From a virus, in the IMG/VR virus record IMGVR_UViG_3300037339_000405, positions 1 through 64,000 of that record: a DNA stretch of 64,000 bases, one strand, 5' to 3'. Under the pieces are notes generated by a model. It saw nothing but the letters and a program-made list of their open reading frames with translations, was not told the origin of the DNA and did no database searches. Shown piece after piece: positions 18,165-27,710 of this stretch. Position numbers and translations under genes: made by a program. Position 1 is the first letter of the stretch. Every line of letters begins with the position of its first letter.

Positions 18165-19553
18165 TTAACTCCTCTCTGACAAAGACGCGGCGTGGTTGAT
18201 GATGTGAGAGATCAGGCCGTCGCCGCGAACGTCCATCTCAAAGTCTTCGATGTGCCCGAAAATGTGCCTCACTACTTTCGGGAATTCGTAAGCCTGAACC
18301 AGCATCCAAGGATGCACCTTGAAAGTCTTCCCACCGATAGGCAGGGTTTCGAGCACCACCGCCTTATCGTTCTCCTTTTGTGCGTAGGCGTGATGTTTGC
18401 CCTCCCGCAAGCAGGAATCCCACCCAAACACCTCAAATTTCCTGAACCCAAGCATGGCCAGAACAGTCAGCCCTCGCAACATCACCGTGGTCCCCCCGGG
18501 AACCGGGTACCACTCGTGATTCGCCCCAGTTTCCTTGGCATAATCCTTGTACTCCTCTTCCACGTAGGACGTTTCCCCAGAGTGCCAAAGCAGTGTCTGG
18601 GCAGGTGGAAGAGATTTTACAGCTTCATGATCCACCTGAGAACAAATCAAATACTTGCAGGTATCAATCACCGGTTTCAGAAAGCGGCCATTGAACTCCC
18701 GGGCATCCATCATGATCTGTGCCGCTGGCCGAATACCCCGCTCTATGAGCCAATTGTAGGTGCCGTTCACCGTCACGATCAGTTCCCCTGCTTTACCTCG
18801 CTCCACGATTTCGTCCTCGTAGTCAAGCAAGGAGGGTCCCCCGGCAAGGACCAGAATTCGGGTATCGGGCTGGCGCTCGTGAGGGCAGACCCCTTTCAAC
18901 CCCAGCCGCAGATTTTTCCTGACGTTCCCACGCAACTCCTCTACCTCGGTATTCACATCCGACCGATCCGCGAAATCCTTTCCTCCGCTATACGCAGAAA
19001 CAAAGAATAAAGCAGCGGAATCTACTTCCTTCTCCCAGAGAACCTTGCAGTAAAACTCCTCCTCCAGCTTCTTCTTCCACCACTCATGGGGGTGAACACT
19101 CAGATGAAGAGGCTCGCCAATCAAGGCCCCCATCACGTCGTCCACGGTAGAGATCGCTAGGTAGACCTTGCCGGCCCCTTTCAAGACGTTCTGGAGCACC
19201 TTGTCCACGTCTTCAGGGGGGATGTGCTCCAGCACGTCAGTACAGTAGCCAAGGTCCACCACGCCCTCCACAGGCTTGGTCAGATCGTGCTGGACGAAAC
19301 GAAGCGTCTCAGACAGAGCACCCCTCACTTGCGGGTCGAGACAGTTCTCGGCGAAGTCCAGCATCTCCACGGTACAACCAACAGAGTGAATGACTTGAGA
19401 CCCGCGCCCGGTGCCGCAGCCAAAGTCTCGCACCGTCTCCGCGTTCACTGGCTTGGCCAGTTCGAGAAACTGAATGGCATGAAACTCCCCCGGAGCAACC
19501 AGACGATACTCTGGGTGATCCCACACCTTCTCGTATTTTTCCCGCTCTTCCAC
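18165..19553 (-). CDS. Fusion of a class I SAM methyltransferase and a Maf/DUF115 (MAF_flag10)-like glycosyltransferase
   Basis: N-terminal 'DFGCGTG', 'LDFA' and 'CTDVLEHI'; C-terminal 'LAGGPSL', 'TVNG', 'MMDA' and 'GGTTV...L..LGF..FEVFGWDSC...HAY'. Confidence 0.8.
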   Translation of the reverse strand: MEEREKYEKVWDHPEYRLVAPGEFHAIQFLELAKPVNAETVRDFGCGTGRGSQVIHSVGCTVEMLDFAENCLDPQVRGALSETLRFVQHDLTKPVEGVVDLGYCTDVLEHIPPEDVDKVLQNVLKGAGKVYLAISTVDDVMGALIGEPLHLSVHPHEWWKKKLEEEFYCKVLWEKEVDSAALFFVSAYSGGKDFADRSDVNTEVEELRGNVRKNLRLGLKGVCPHERQPDTRILVLAGGPSLLDYEDEIVERGKAGELIVTVNGTYNWLIERGIRPAAQIMMDAREFNGRFLKPVIDTCKYLICSQVDHEAVKSLPPAQTLLWHSGETSYVEEEYKDYAKETGANHEWYPVPGGTTVMLRGLTVLAMLGFRKFEVFGWDSCLREGKHHAYAQKENDKAVVLETLPIGGKTFKVHPWMLVQAYEFPKVVRHIFGHIEDFEMDVRGDGLISHIINHAASLSERS

Positions 19554-19606
19554 TATCGTTCTCTCCAGACTGCAATTGATTGCAAGCTACTTATCTAAGG
19601 CACCCC

Positions 19607-21160
19607 TTAAGTCAGTCTCATCTGCGGATCGAAGTACAACGTATAGCTGGCTTTTGCAAAACACACGCGTGCGCGCATCATCCCCACCTCTTGAGGTGTT
19701 AAGGACACTGCAATCTTCTGGCTGTTCGGGTTGGTCATGGACTTTGTCCACGCCGAAGCCCCAGCACCCGCCGCTAGATTGGACCCGGCGGCAAGGATAG
19801 AAGGAGCGGTGCTCACCCAAGTGCTCTTGCAAGAACCCGCCGTTCCGTAGTACTCGTACTCGATCCAAACCTCGTTGTTTTTCAGATTGGTGACCGAATC
19901 GTGGAGAAACTCCAAAGTCAGCGTCTTGGCCACCCCGGTAAGCTCGTTCCATACATGGAGCCACCGAGAACGAATTGGCAGAGTGAAACCAAACGACGGC
20001 TCTGCATTCGTCACTATTTTTTCAGAGTATTTTGAACCTTTCTGTACTGCACCCCCTGTCGTGAAAAAGGTAGCAGTGTCTATAGTAGAGGTGCCTCCGT
20101 AAACCGCACGCTCAAACTTGAGCAAATTCATGCTTGGTCCAAAAACATACCCCTCCACACTTAACTCCGCAGGCAATTGAACCGCTGCATCAATGAGAGT
20201 TGCATTGGCATTTAGGGCACTGTTCATCAGTACCATCACCCCGCCAGACGCATGTGATCCGATAGCTGAATAAACTGCGTTCCCAGTATTGAAAGAAGAA
20301 AAATCCGAAGCAGTAATTTCCATGCGAGCTATTCGACAGTACCTACCAAAACCAGCACTGATAAGTTTGGTCGGAATGGTCCCGGCCCCATCCACACTTG
20401 CATTTACCATCTCCACATAGGTGCCATCGGCGTTGGTTGCAAAGCCAACAGTTTGCCCCGTTGCAGAAAACTTGAAAATCGGGTTTAGCACGTAATTGTT
20501 CTGTGAACCGAAGGTGACCCACTGCGTACCTGTACCAGAGGCCAACGTAAATTTACAGTCGATTACAACTAGATTAGCCCATATAGCCCCGATTTCGATA
20601 TCTGCGTTCGTAGCGACAAAGTAAAGCCCGTAGATATAGACAGAGCAACCTACGCTATTTGCGGTCCACCCTATAGAAAGCGCACTAGCGCCCCCAATTG
20701 TCGCCCCCGCCAATAGAGCCGTGGGAGGCTCAGGGCTGCCCGCCGAATCCACAGAAAGGATTTTTACAGTCGCTTCTCCAATGTTCCAACTTCCCCCCCA
20801 GTAAGACCCGGAACCAGTGGCCACAGATTCGGAATGCGTGGAAGCGACATAGACAACGTCGTTGGCTGCTACCTTCAGGGAGGCAAACAAGTAGTGAATG
20901 AAGGCTGCTGCATTCGCCCACGTGGTTGCCTCACGACACGTCCAGATTACGCCGTTGTCGTTAACCGTATTGCCCGGAGTGGTGGGCCACGTGGGTTCTG
21001 TGGTGGCATGTGTCGTACCACCAGTGGTGCACTCAAACACGTAGCCCTTCGCAGCTACGGTCGCATACGCCTCTTGAGGCACCCTTCGAGCCCCAGTCGA
21101 AACAACCTGAGCCGCAGCCCAAAGGGTTGCAACTCCTGATTTGACGTAATAACTGGCCAT
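19607..21160 (-). CDS. Virion fibre / carbohydrate-binding protein, paralog A
   Basis: N-terminal 'W....V..G.RRVP...GYVFECTTGGTT..TEPTWPTTPG.TV.DNGV.WTCR' module followed by a beta-rich body. Confidence 0.65.
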   Translation of the reverse strand: MASYYVKSGVATLWAAAQVVSTGARRVPQEAYATVAAKGYVFECTTGGTTHATTEPTWPTTPGNTVNDNGVIWTCREATTWANAAAFIHYLFASLKVAANDVVYVASTHSESVATGSGSYWGGSWNIGEATVKILSVDSAGSPEPPTALLAGATIGGASALSIGWTANSVGCSVYIYGLYFVATNADIEIGAIWANLVVIDCKFTLASGTGTQWVTFGSQNNYVLNPIFKFSATGQTVGFATNADGTYVEMVNASVDGAGTIPTKLISAGFGRYCRIARMEITASDFSSFNTGNAVYSAIGSHASGGVMVLMNSALNANATLIDAAVQLPAELSVEGYVFGPSMNLLKFERAVYGGTSTIDTATFFTTGGAVQKGSKYSEKIVTNAEPSFGFTLPIRSRWLHVWNELTGVAKTLTLEFLHDSVTNLKNNEVWIEYEYYGTAGSCKSTWVSTAPSILAAGSNLAAGAGASAWTKSMTNPNSQKIAVSLTPQEVGMMRARVCFAKASYTLYFDPQMRLT

Positions 21161-21173
21161 GTTAGTACATCAC

Positions 21174-22721
21174 TCAAACAAGTCTCGCCTGTGGATCAAA
21201 GTACAACGTGTAACTCGCCTTCGCAAAGCACACTCTCGCCCGTATCATTCCAACTGACTGTGGAGTAAAGGTAACTGCGATTTTCTGGCTGTTCGGGTTA
21301 GTCATGGATTTTGTCCACGACCCTGCTCCGGCACCAGCCGCTAGATTGGCCCCTGCTGCAAGAATCGAAGCGACAGTAGACACCCAAGTACTCTTGCAAG
21401 AGCTTCCCGATCCATAGTACTCGTACTCGATCCAGACTTCGTTATCCTTCAGGTTAGTAACCGAATCATGGAGAAATTCTAGGGTTAGCGTTCTGGGTAC
21501 CCCGGTAATTTCATTCCACACTTGAAGCCATTTAGAACGTGCCGGGAAAATCTTCCCAAGGGCAGGTTCGGCATTCGTTACTAGTTTTTGCGAATACTTA
21601 GTTCCTTGCAGCGACGCACCGCCAGAAGTGAAATAGGTGGCGGTATCAAGAGTAAAGGTACCTCCGTAAACTTCACTCCGATACTTGAGCAAATCTAGGC
21701 TTGACCCGTAGACATACCCCTCCACTCTGAGGCCGATTGGAACGGTTAAAGCCGCATCATTAAGATTCGCATTGACATTGAGGCTGCTGTTCATCAAAAC
21801 CATGTAGCCAGCCGCCAGGTAAGAGTTATTAGCAGAGAAAACAGACTTTCCCGCCGCAAGATTGGAAAAATCAGAGGCTGTCACTTCTTGCCGAGATACC
21901 GTATGCCTGCGACCAAAAACGCTCTGGAAAATGTTCGTGGGGAGGGTACCGGCCCCGTCAATACTCACGTTCACCCACTCCGAATCCCCGCCAGCGTCAA
22001 GCTGGTAATGAGTTACGTACTGGCTCGGGGCAGAAAACTTAAACACCGGGTTCCTCACCCGCAAATATCTGGAATTTAACGTGAACCCTGTATTGCCACC
22101 CCCGCCATTGATGGTGAACTTGCAATCTTCCAGTGCAAGCATAGCCCAACCGGAACCAAGTTCTACTAAAACGTTATTGGTAACGAAATAAATTCCGTAG
22201 ATGTAAACCACAGATTGCGAACCCAGACCAAGCCAAGTAATCCCATTAGACCCAGTTGGCGCAACTATCGCTCCCGCTAGAAGCGTAGTCGGCGGCTCCG
22301 GACTACCTGCCGAATCCACCGACAAAATGGAAAGAGTTCCTTCCCCGACAGTAAAAAGAAACCCCCCACTGGAAACAGCCGCAGGCGCTTCACTGTGAAC
22401 AGAAGCCACGTAAAGCACATCGCCAGAAGCAGCCCTAGCACTGACCAGCCAGTAATGGACGAACGCAAGAGCATTCGCCCACGTAATCGGGTCTCTACAC
22501 GTCCAAATTACACCATTGTCATTGACTGTATTACCGGGAGTGGTCGGCCACGTTGGTTCTGTCGCCGCATCCGTGGTCCCGCCGGTGGTGCATTCAAAAA
22601 CGTAGCCCTTCGCTAGTGGGGTCGCATAGGCTTCGCGCGGGACCCTTCGATCCCCGGATACCACAACTTGAGCCGTCGCCCAAAGTGACGCGACACCAGA
22701 TTTAACGTAATAGCCAGCCAC
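21174..22721 (-). CDS. Virion fibre / carbohydrate-binding protein, paralog B (likely GTG start at 22721)
   Basis: Colinear with 19607..21160 from VAGYYVKSGV to YFDPQARLV. Confidence 0.65.
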   Translation of the reverse strand: MAGYYVKSGVASLWATAQVVVSGDRRVPREAYATPLAKGYVFECTTGGTTDAATEPTWPTTPGNTVNDNGVIWTCRDPITWANALAFVHYWLVSARAASGDVLYVASVHSEAPAAVSSGGFLFTVGEGTLSILSVDSAGSPEPPTTLLAGAIVAPTGSNGITWLGLGSQSVVYIYGIYFVTNNVLVELGSGWAMLALEDCKFTINGGGGNTGFTLNSRYLRVRNPVFKFSAPSQYVTHYQLDAGGDSEWVNVSIDGAGTLPTNIFQSVFGRRHTVSRQEVTASDFSNLAAGKSVFSANNSYLAAGYMVLMNSSLNVNANLNDAALTVPIGLRVEGYVYGSSLDLLKYRSEVYGGTFTLDTATYFTSGGASLQGTKYSQKLVTNAEPALGKIFPARSKWLQVWNEITGVPRTLTLEFLHDSVTNLKDNEVWIEYEYYGSGSSCKSTWVSTVASILAAGANLAAGAGAGSWTKSMTNPNSQKIAVTFTPQSVGMIRARVCFAKASYTLYFDPQARLV

Positions 22722-22725
22722 CCTA

Positions 22726-24708
22726 TCAACTTCCCATCGCTGTGCGCGTGAACATCGTACCAAGTTTGGACATCGCCGCAATGTGCGACTTTGCACGGTC
22801 CGCTGACACGAGCATCGCGGCGCTTACCGCTACCTGCCCGCCAAGCGGGTCCATCGTCCAGAACTGCAACCCGGTATCGCCGTTACCTCCGCGCGCGATC
22901 AGGTTGAGGCACCACCGATACATCCCCGGGGCAAGACGAACCTGAGCGTTCGTACTCCACCCGCGCGCACTGGACACATAGATCGTCTGCTCCCGCGCGG
23001 TCGGGTTAAACAACCCCACAAGCGTCATCATCGCGTTCGCGGTCCCCGATAGCCCGGACCACGAAGCTCCCCCTCGAATCCACGCCCACGCCGTATTCGG
23101 AGCCGTCAAGGCGTCTAGCTGAGCTTGAGTAGGAGCAGCATCAGTACTCGCCCCAGCGAAATTCACGACACGACAGGACCCGAGTATCGGATGCGAAGCA
23201 AGCCCTCCGTCCGTCGCCCCTCCCGAGAATTTGTACCCGGTCGCGCCAGCACGCAGCGTGGGATGAGCCTCGTTCGGCATCGAAGGATCGGAGCGAACAT
23301 CAAAACATCCGGTGTACCAACTTTGCCACCAAGTGCTATCCCCGCCCGCGAACTGCGGCGCCAAGAATGTATCCGGCAACTTGACTACGTTCTGCGCGTA
23401 CCCGAGCCCGCGCCCGCCGTGGCCGTGGAAGTACACGCCCGCCCGCTCACCTTTCGCGCGCGCGATGCAGACCCCCGTGTGCCCGCCCCCGCTGTAGTTC
23501 GTGAGGTTTACGCGCGCTCCATCCTCCAGCGTAATGTATTCCTTCACTTGCGCGCAGGCATTGTCGTGCGACTCAAGCGCGAGCGACGTGCCCGGCGCAA
23601 GATAGAAAGCGGTGTGCGGGATCTTCCACGTGTCGCCGTAGCGATCCTTGAAGTCCCAATCCGGGTTGCCTCCGGTCAGATACTCCCCTCCACCACCAAC
23701 CACACGCACATCCGGCCCCCAGCCCTCGTTGCCACCCCCGAGAAGAGCAAGAAAGCAGTGCCCACTCAGGAACTGCGGACGGTCTAAATGAAGGTCACCT
23801 TGCCCATACGGCCCGCGCTGGTTGACGACCATATGGACGTGGTTCTCGTTCATGCGCGGCGAATAGAACACGTTGGAGTTAGCACCCCCTCCTACTTTGC
23901 CGGCGGTCATCTCGATCCCGACTTTACATTGCTCGACGTGCAGCCCATACATCTGCCCGAACTGCGCCGTGTCAATCTGAAGTCCACGCTCAAGGCCGTT
24001 CAAAGACACGTTCTCAAGCTGCCAGCGTCCGTGCGTCTGGTCGTCCACCGGAGCCCCTACAGGTGCCCCCGGTACCCCACCCAGTTGACCCACACGTAGG
24101 CCAACTACTCCCGGACGATTCCGCCCGGCAATGGCAATGTTCCTGAGTGCAAACTTTCCTACGCCCTGCGCGCCCTCCCACTTCGGGAAGGTGCGGACCA
24201 TCACGATGTTATCCGCCGCCGCCCACAGGCGCGCATCGTGGCCGTCATAGTTTCCGATCTGCGGCAGGACTATGTCCGCCGTGACCTCGATATTGACCGG
24301 CTTCTCGTGCCAGATGGGTCCAGCGTTATCCCATGGCACTGCCGCCGTTCCGGTCCCTGAACCAGCCGGGCCTTGTGGGCCGACAGGTCCAACTGAACCC
24401 TGTGGACCTTGAGGACCGGTAGGACCTGTGGCGCCAGCGGCTCCAGCGGGACCCGTGGCTCCAGCGGGACCTATGGGGCCTACTGGGCCTTGTGGGCCTG
24501 CTGGGCCGGTCCCAGAGCCGCTGCCGGTTCCCGCCGGACCAGTCGCCCCGATTGGCCCCTGTGGCCCTACAGGGCCTGCTGGGCCTACTGGTCCCGCTGG
24601 ACCTACAGGGCCGGCTGGGCCTTGAGTGCCACCCCCGGTGGTGCCCCCACCCTCCACCGCTGCGCGGATCGCTGCTATGTCAACTGCAACCTGTTCAGCG
24701 ATACCCAT
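22726..24708 (-). CDS. Collagen-repeat tail fibre/spike with a probable beta-helix domain
   Basis: Two runs of Gly-X-Y (GPAGPVGPQ) near the N-terminus, then Gly/Asn-rich parallel-beta-helix-like sequence. Confidence 0.75.
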   Translation of the reverse strand: MGIAEQVAVDIAAIRAAVEGGGTTGGGTQGPAGPVGPAGPVGPAGPVGPQGPIGATGPAGTGSGSGTGPAGPQGPVGPIGPAGATGPAGAAGATGPTGPQGPQGSVGPVGPQGPAGSGTGTAAVPWDNAGPIWHEKPVNIEVTADIVLPQIGNYDGHDARLWAAADNIVMVRTFPKWEGAQGVGKFALRNIAIAGRNRPGVVGLRVGQLGGVPGAPVGAPVDDQTHGRWQLENVSLNGLERGLQIDTAQFGQMYGLHVEQCKVGIEMTAGKVGGGANSNVFYSPRMNENHVHMVVNQRGPYGQGDLHLDRPQFLSGHCFLALLGGGNEGWGPDVRVVGGGGEYLTGGNPDWDFKDRYGDTWKIPHTAFYLAPGTSLALESHDNACAQVKEYITLEDGARVNLTNYSGGGHTGVCIARAKGERAGVYFHGHGGRGLGYAQNVVKLPDTFLAPQFAGGDSTWWQSWYTGCFDVRSDPSMPNEAHPTLRAGATGYKFSGGATDGGLASHPILGSCRVVNFAGASTDAAPTQAQLDALTAPNTAWAWIRGGASWSGLSGTANAMMTLVGLFNPTAREQTIYVSSARGWSTNAQVRLAPGMYRWCLNLIARGGNGDTGLQFWTMDPLGGQVAVSAAMLVSADRAKSHIAAMSKLGTMFTRTAMGS

Positions 24709-24738
24709 TTGGGAACCCTTTCATTAAAAAGAAAAGAG

Positions 24739-24939
24739 TCAAATAATTTGTGGCGGCTTCCCAGAAAGAACCAACCTACACAGCCGAGACTTCACCGTTT
24801 TGTTTACGGGGGGGACTGGAACTACCTCGTAAGGAATCATCACGATCTCACCATCCTCACCAATGTAAGGACGATAGAGGGCTGTCGGGAGGACCACCCC
24901 CGGCTTCAGCATCAGCAGTGACCCGTTGATGACGGGCAT
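24739..24939 (-). CDS. Hypothetical small protein
   Basis: 66-aa ORF closely coupled to its neighbours, with a GAGG RBS. Confidence 0.5.
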   Translation of the reverse strand: MPVINGSLLMLKPGVVLPTALYRPYIGEDGEIVMIPYEVVPVPPVNKTVKSRLCRLVLSGKPPQII

Positions 24940-24941
24940 GC

Positions 24942-25514
24942 TTACCTCTGCGCGAATACTTTGAAGTCGTCAGAATCCCCAACCACCTTTACCTGAGATA
25001 GCGGGGTTTGAAATTCCACGATGATCGGGAAGGGGTCTCCGCCCTCGGCCCAATTACCCAGTTCCAACCATGCGGATTTCTGATGTACTCGGCCATACAT
25101 GATGACCACCACACCACTGGCGGGCGTGGCATCTATTTGTGCATGGGACGCCGCGAACACAATCTGACTTTGAAGAGGGAGTTCTACAACCATGTTGCCC
25201 GCATCAACTGTGGACCCATCCACAATCGCGGCTGGCATGGTAGTCGGAACCCAGTCGAAAAAGGCCCGCCCTGCTTCGTACCCGACAACGGTCACCGTCT
25301 CCCCCGTGGCATCCAGCGCCGGGTACTTGGCACTGGTGAGGTTGATGGCCGCCGCAGTAAGCGGCACATCGAAGGCGTCCGCATACGCGCGTAGCGTAGT
25401 GCCCGTTCGCTTCAGTTGCGCAATCGCGGCTTGGTAGTACAGCGGAGGAGTAGCGGCGGGATCGTAAACCGGGAAAGAGCGGCGCGTCAGGTCATTCGTG
25501 GCAGTCTGTGTCAT
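24942..25514 (-). CDS. Hypothetical virion protein (likely start MTQTAT at 25514)
   Basis: ORF with a GGAG RBS at 25521-25524. Confidence 0.65.
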   Translation of the reverse strand: MTQTATNDLTRRSFPVYDPAATPPLYYQAAIAQLKRTGTTLRAYADAFDVPLTAAAINLTSAKYPALDATGETVTVVGYEAGRAFFDWVPTTMPAAIVDGSTVDAGNMVVELPLQSQIVFAASHAQIDATPASGVVVIMYGRVHQKSAWLELGNWAEGGDPFPIIVEFQTPLSQVKVVGDSDDFKVFAQR

Positions 25515-25596
25515 CTCTATCTCCAAAAACCACGCTTGCAATTGATTGCAAGCTTCACCGGCAACAGCCTACTCCACCTAACGAATCGGGGCAACT

Positions 25597-26724
25597 TTAC
25601 ACGTACATTTTCCATGCACCAGATTTAGTAATAGGCCCATTAGGCATTACCTTGGACCACTGAAAGTCATAGCGTTCATGCTCATAGGTAATTGGATGAA
25701 AGATTATGTGGTTAAAAAACCCAACAATCGAGACTTCTTCCCCGGTGGGCAAAACCCAGAAGTTTCCACCTTCAGCAAACTTTATATAGATTTGCCCGTT
25801 GTAGGGAGCGATAGAGGCCACCACGGAATCCCCATCAAAAAAATTATGAGAAGTAAAATCATCTATCACAGAGTTGTAGACATAATGCCTTTGGAAGTTT
25901 GATTGCAGAACCTCATAGGCCATGCCTATGTTTTCCAAACCAGTGCCACTCACTGTAATTTTTATTGTTACGTCCCCAACAAAACTATGATGCTCGTAGT
26001 AAGGTGGGCCAAAGAACTGATCCGCAAAATGCGCCCCAACATCTAGCAGAACTTCGTCACCCCCGGGTTTCCAAGCCCATACAACAAGCCTTCTACCGTG
26101 AGTGCCAGTCGGAAACCCGGGAGGTGCCGCCCCAAGATCGCCAAATCCCGGATTGAAATCCTGATCCAACGTAATCAATCGTGAAGCAGGTATTTCCGTA
26201 TCTCTAGCATAAATGGTTCCAAATGGTTTCACAGCTACTTCTAAAGCTGAAAGCATGCCCGCTCGGGTCACTTCATTAACCCCAAGGGTGCACAAAAACC
26301 GATCCCCGTTGCCGTCAAAATAAATCCACTGGTAGTACCCCAACCCCACACTGGGGAACCCGTGGACAAACCTTCCTACCCCGACAGCTAGCGCATAGTC
26401 TCTCCACTGGTATCCGCGTTCGACATCCTCTTTTGCCTCCTCGACTGATCTGGGAGTCATTTCCCACCCGGGTCTCTTGATCAGGCGGGATTCATTCCAC
26501 CCGTGCACGGGGATAATACCAATACTAAAGGGGTGAAGAGGATTGACCCAAGACGGGATTACTAGATGATGCATAGGTATCGTCGCTAAGGTAGGTAAAA
26601 TCAATGCTCCGTCCGTGTCATCGGTTCCTTCAACCTTTCCATGATAAGGAGCACCCCAGAACTTCGGCCGCTGTGGACCAAAGCTACCCTTACTCTTGAA
26701 CCCCCGCGACTGATTGATCATCAC
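25597..26724 (-). CDS. Hypothetical tail-tip-associated protein
   Basis: 375-aa aromatic-rich ORF in the tail operon. Confidence 0.6.
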   Translation of the reverse strand: MMINQSRGFKSKGSFGPQRPKFWGAPYHGKVEGTDDTDGALILPTLATIPMHHLVIPSWVNPLHPFSIGIIPVHGWNESRLIKRPGWEMTPRSVEEAKEDVERGYQWRDYALAVGVGRFVHGFPSVGLGYYQWIYFDGNGDRFLCTLGVNEVTRAGMLSALEVAVKPFGTIYARDTEIPASRLITLDQDFNPGFGDLGAAPPGFPTGTHGRRLVVWAWKPGGDEVLLDVGAHFADQFFGPPYYEHHSFVGDVTIKITVSGTGLENIGMAYEVLQSNFQRHYVYNSVIDDFTSHNFFDGDSVVASIAPYNGQIYIKFAEGGNFWVLPTGEEVSIVGFFNHIIFHPITYEHERYDFQWSKVMPNGPITKSGAWKMYV

Positions 26725-27221
26725 GGCTCTTTCTGGAACCGAAACTCAACCAAAGCTCCTTGAGCATCAGTCATCTTCAAGGTCTTGATTGGTTCGTACT
26801 CAAAAGCCAGAAGCCCGTCCGAAGACATCACCACTTCAGCAGGCCAATACGTTCTTTGCACAGTCTCCTGAGCGGCTGGAAGCCCTTCCTTCAGTGGACT
26901 GGCTATCCCCGCAGCGATTGATTTGGTTACAGCTGGATCAGCCGCCTTACCAGTTCCCCCGGGGAGTACCCCGCGAGCAGGAAGAGCCTGTAGCGTCTCT
27001 GTCTTGGTTTCTATGTTCCCCGCGAGCAGCGACCCAACGGCAGTGATAAACCTAGAATCAAGCCGGCTCGGCGTAGCCTCTTCAAACGGCTTGCGCCCCG
27101 ACACGAGATTGCTGGGCGTGGAATCGCTGAACGGCACCCGCGCAGAAACCTGACCCGTTACAGCCGGGGCAGTCCCACTCCCCGGCAGTCCTTTATCGGC
27201 TGGCCGCGTCTGCCCGTTCAT
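26721..27221 (-). CDS. Hypothetical tail protein
   Basis: C-terminal 'GIASPL.E...R.Y....V.SSDGL...EPIK.LKMTDA.G..V.F' pattern resembling siphovirus tail-tip proteins. Confidence 0.6.
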   Translation of the reverse strand: MNGQTRPADKGLPGSGTAPAVTGQVSARVPFSDSTPSNLVSGRKPFEEATPSRLDSRFITAVGSLLAGNIETKTETLQALPARGVLPGGTGKAADPAVTKSIAAGIASPLKEGLPAAQETVQRTYWPAEVVMSSDGLLAFEYEPIKTLKMTDAQGALVEFRFQKEP

Positions 27222-27272
27222 GCGTGCCCCCTGAGATACGTGCGACCGGTTATCTTTGACGTGTAGGCCATA

Positions 27273-27698
27273 TCACAGTGTCTCCAGTACCTCGGGCAGA
27301 TCAATGTGCAGGTTGGTGTACGTTCCCTTGAGAGCACTCAAATCGTTCACCCGCACCCACACTGGAATCGCCCCAGCAACCCCAGAATAGACTGTCACAA
27401 CCTGCAAATCCAAAGGAGCCCCGGGGGTGTTGGTATCCAACTCTGCTTCCGTCAGCGCAAGCGTGATAGCTGGAGCGTCTTGTGGCCCACTTCCCCCTAA
27501 ATCGTCCACAACCGACAGGATGAAGTTGTCCACGCTCGGGGCCGAAACCATCTCATAGATGAACAGCCCTACCGCTCCTAGAAACACTTGAAAATCCGCT
27601 GGGGCCAGTACCCCGTCTTGGTCTTGCAACGCCAACAGCGGGTCCTCCAGCGGTAGTAGAAGCGCCGCATCTGAATACCATTTCAGTGAGATCGCCAT
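27273..27698 (-). CDS. Hypothetical tail protein
   Basis: 141-aa beta-rich ORF with a GGAG RBS. Confidence 0.6.
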   Translation of the reverse strand: MAISLKWYSDAALLLPLEDPLLALQDQDGVLAPADFQVFLGAVGLFIYEMVSAPSVDNFILSVVDDLGGSGPQDAPAITLALTEAELDTNTPGAPLDLQVVTVYSGVAGAIPVWVRVNDLSALKGTYTNLHIDLPEVLETL

Positions 27699-27710
27699 AG
27701 TCTCTCCAGA

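Noticed and set aside
19607-22721. Diversity-generating retroelement (TR/VR pair) suggested by the similar 3' ends of the two paralogs
   Set aside because: Both copies are full coding genes, the differences look mostly synonymous rather than adenine-specific, and no reverse transcriptase is present in the window.
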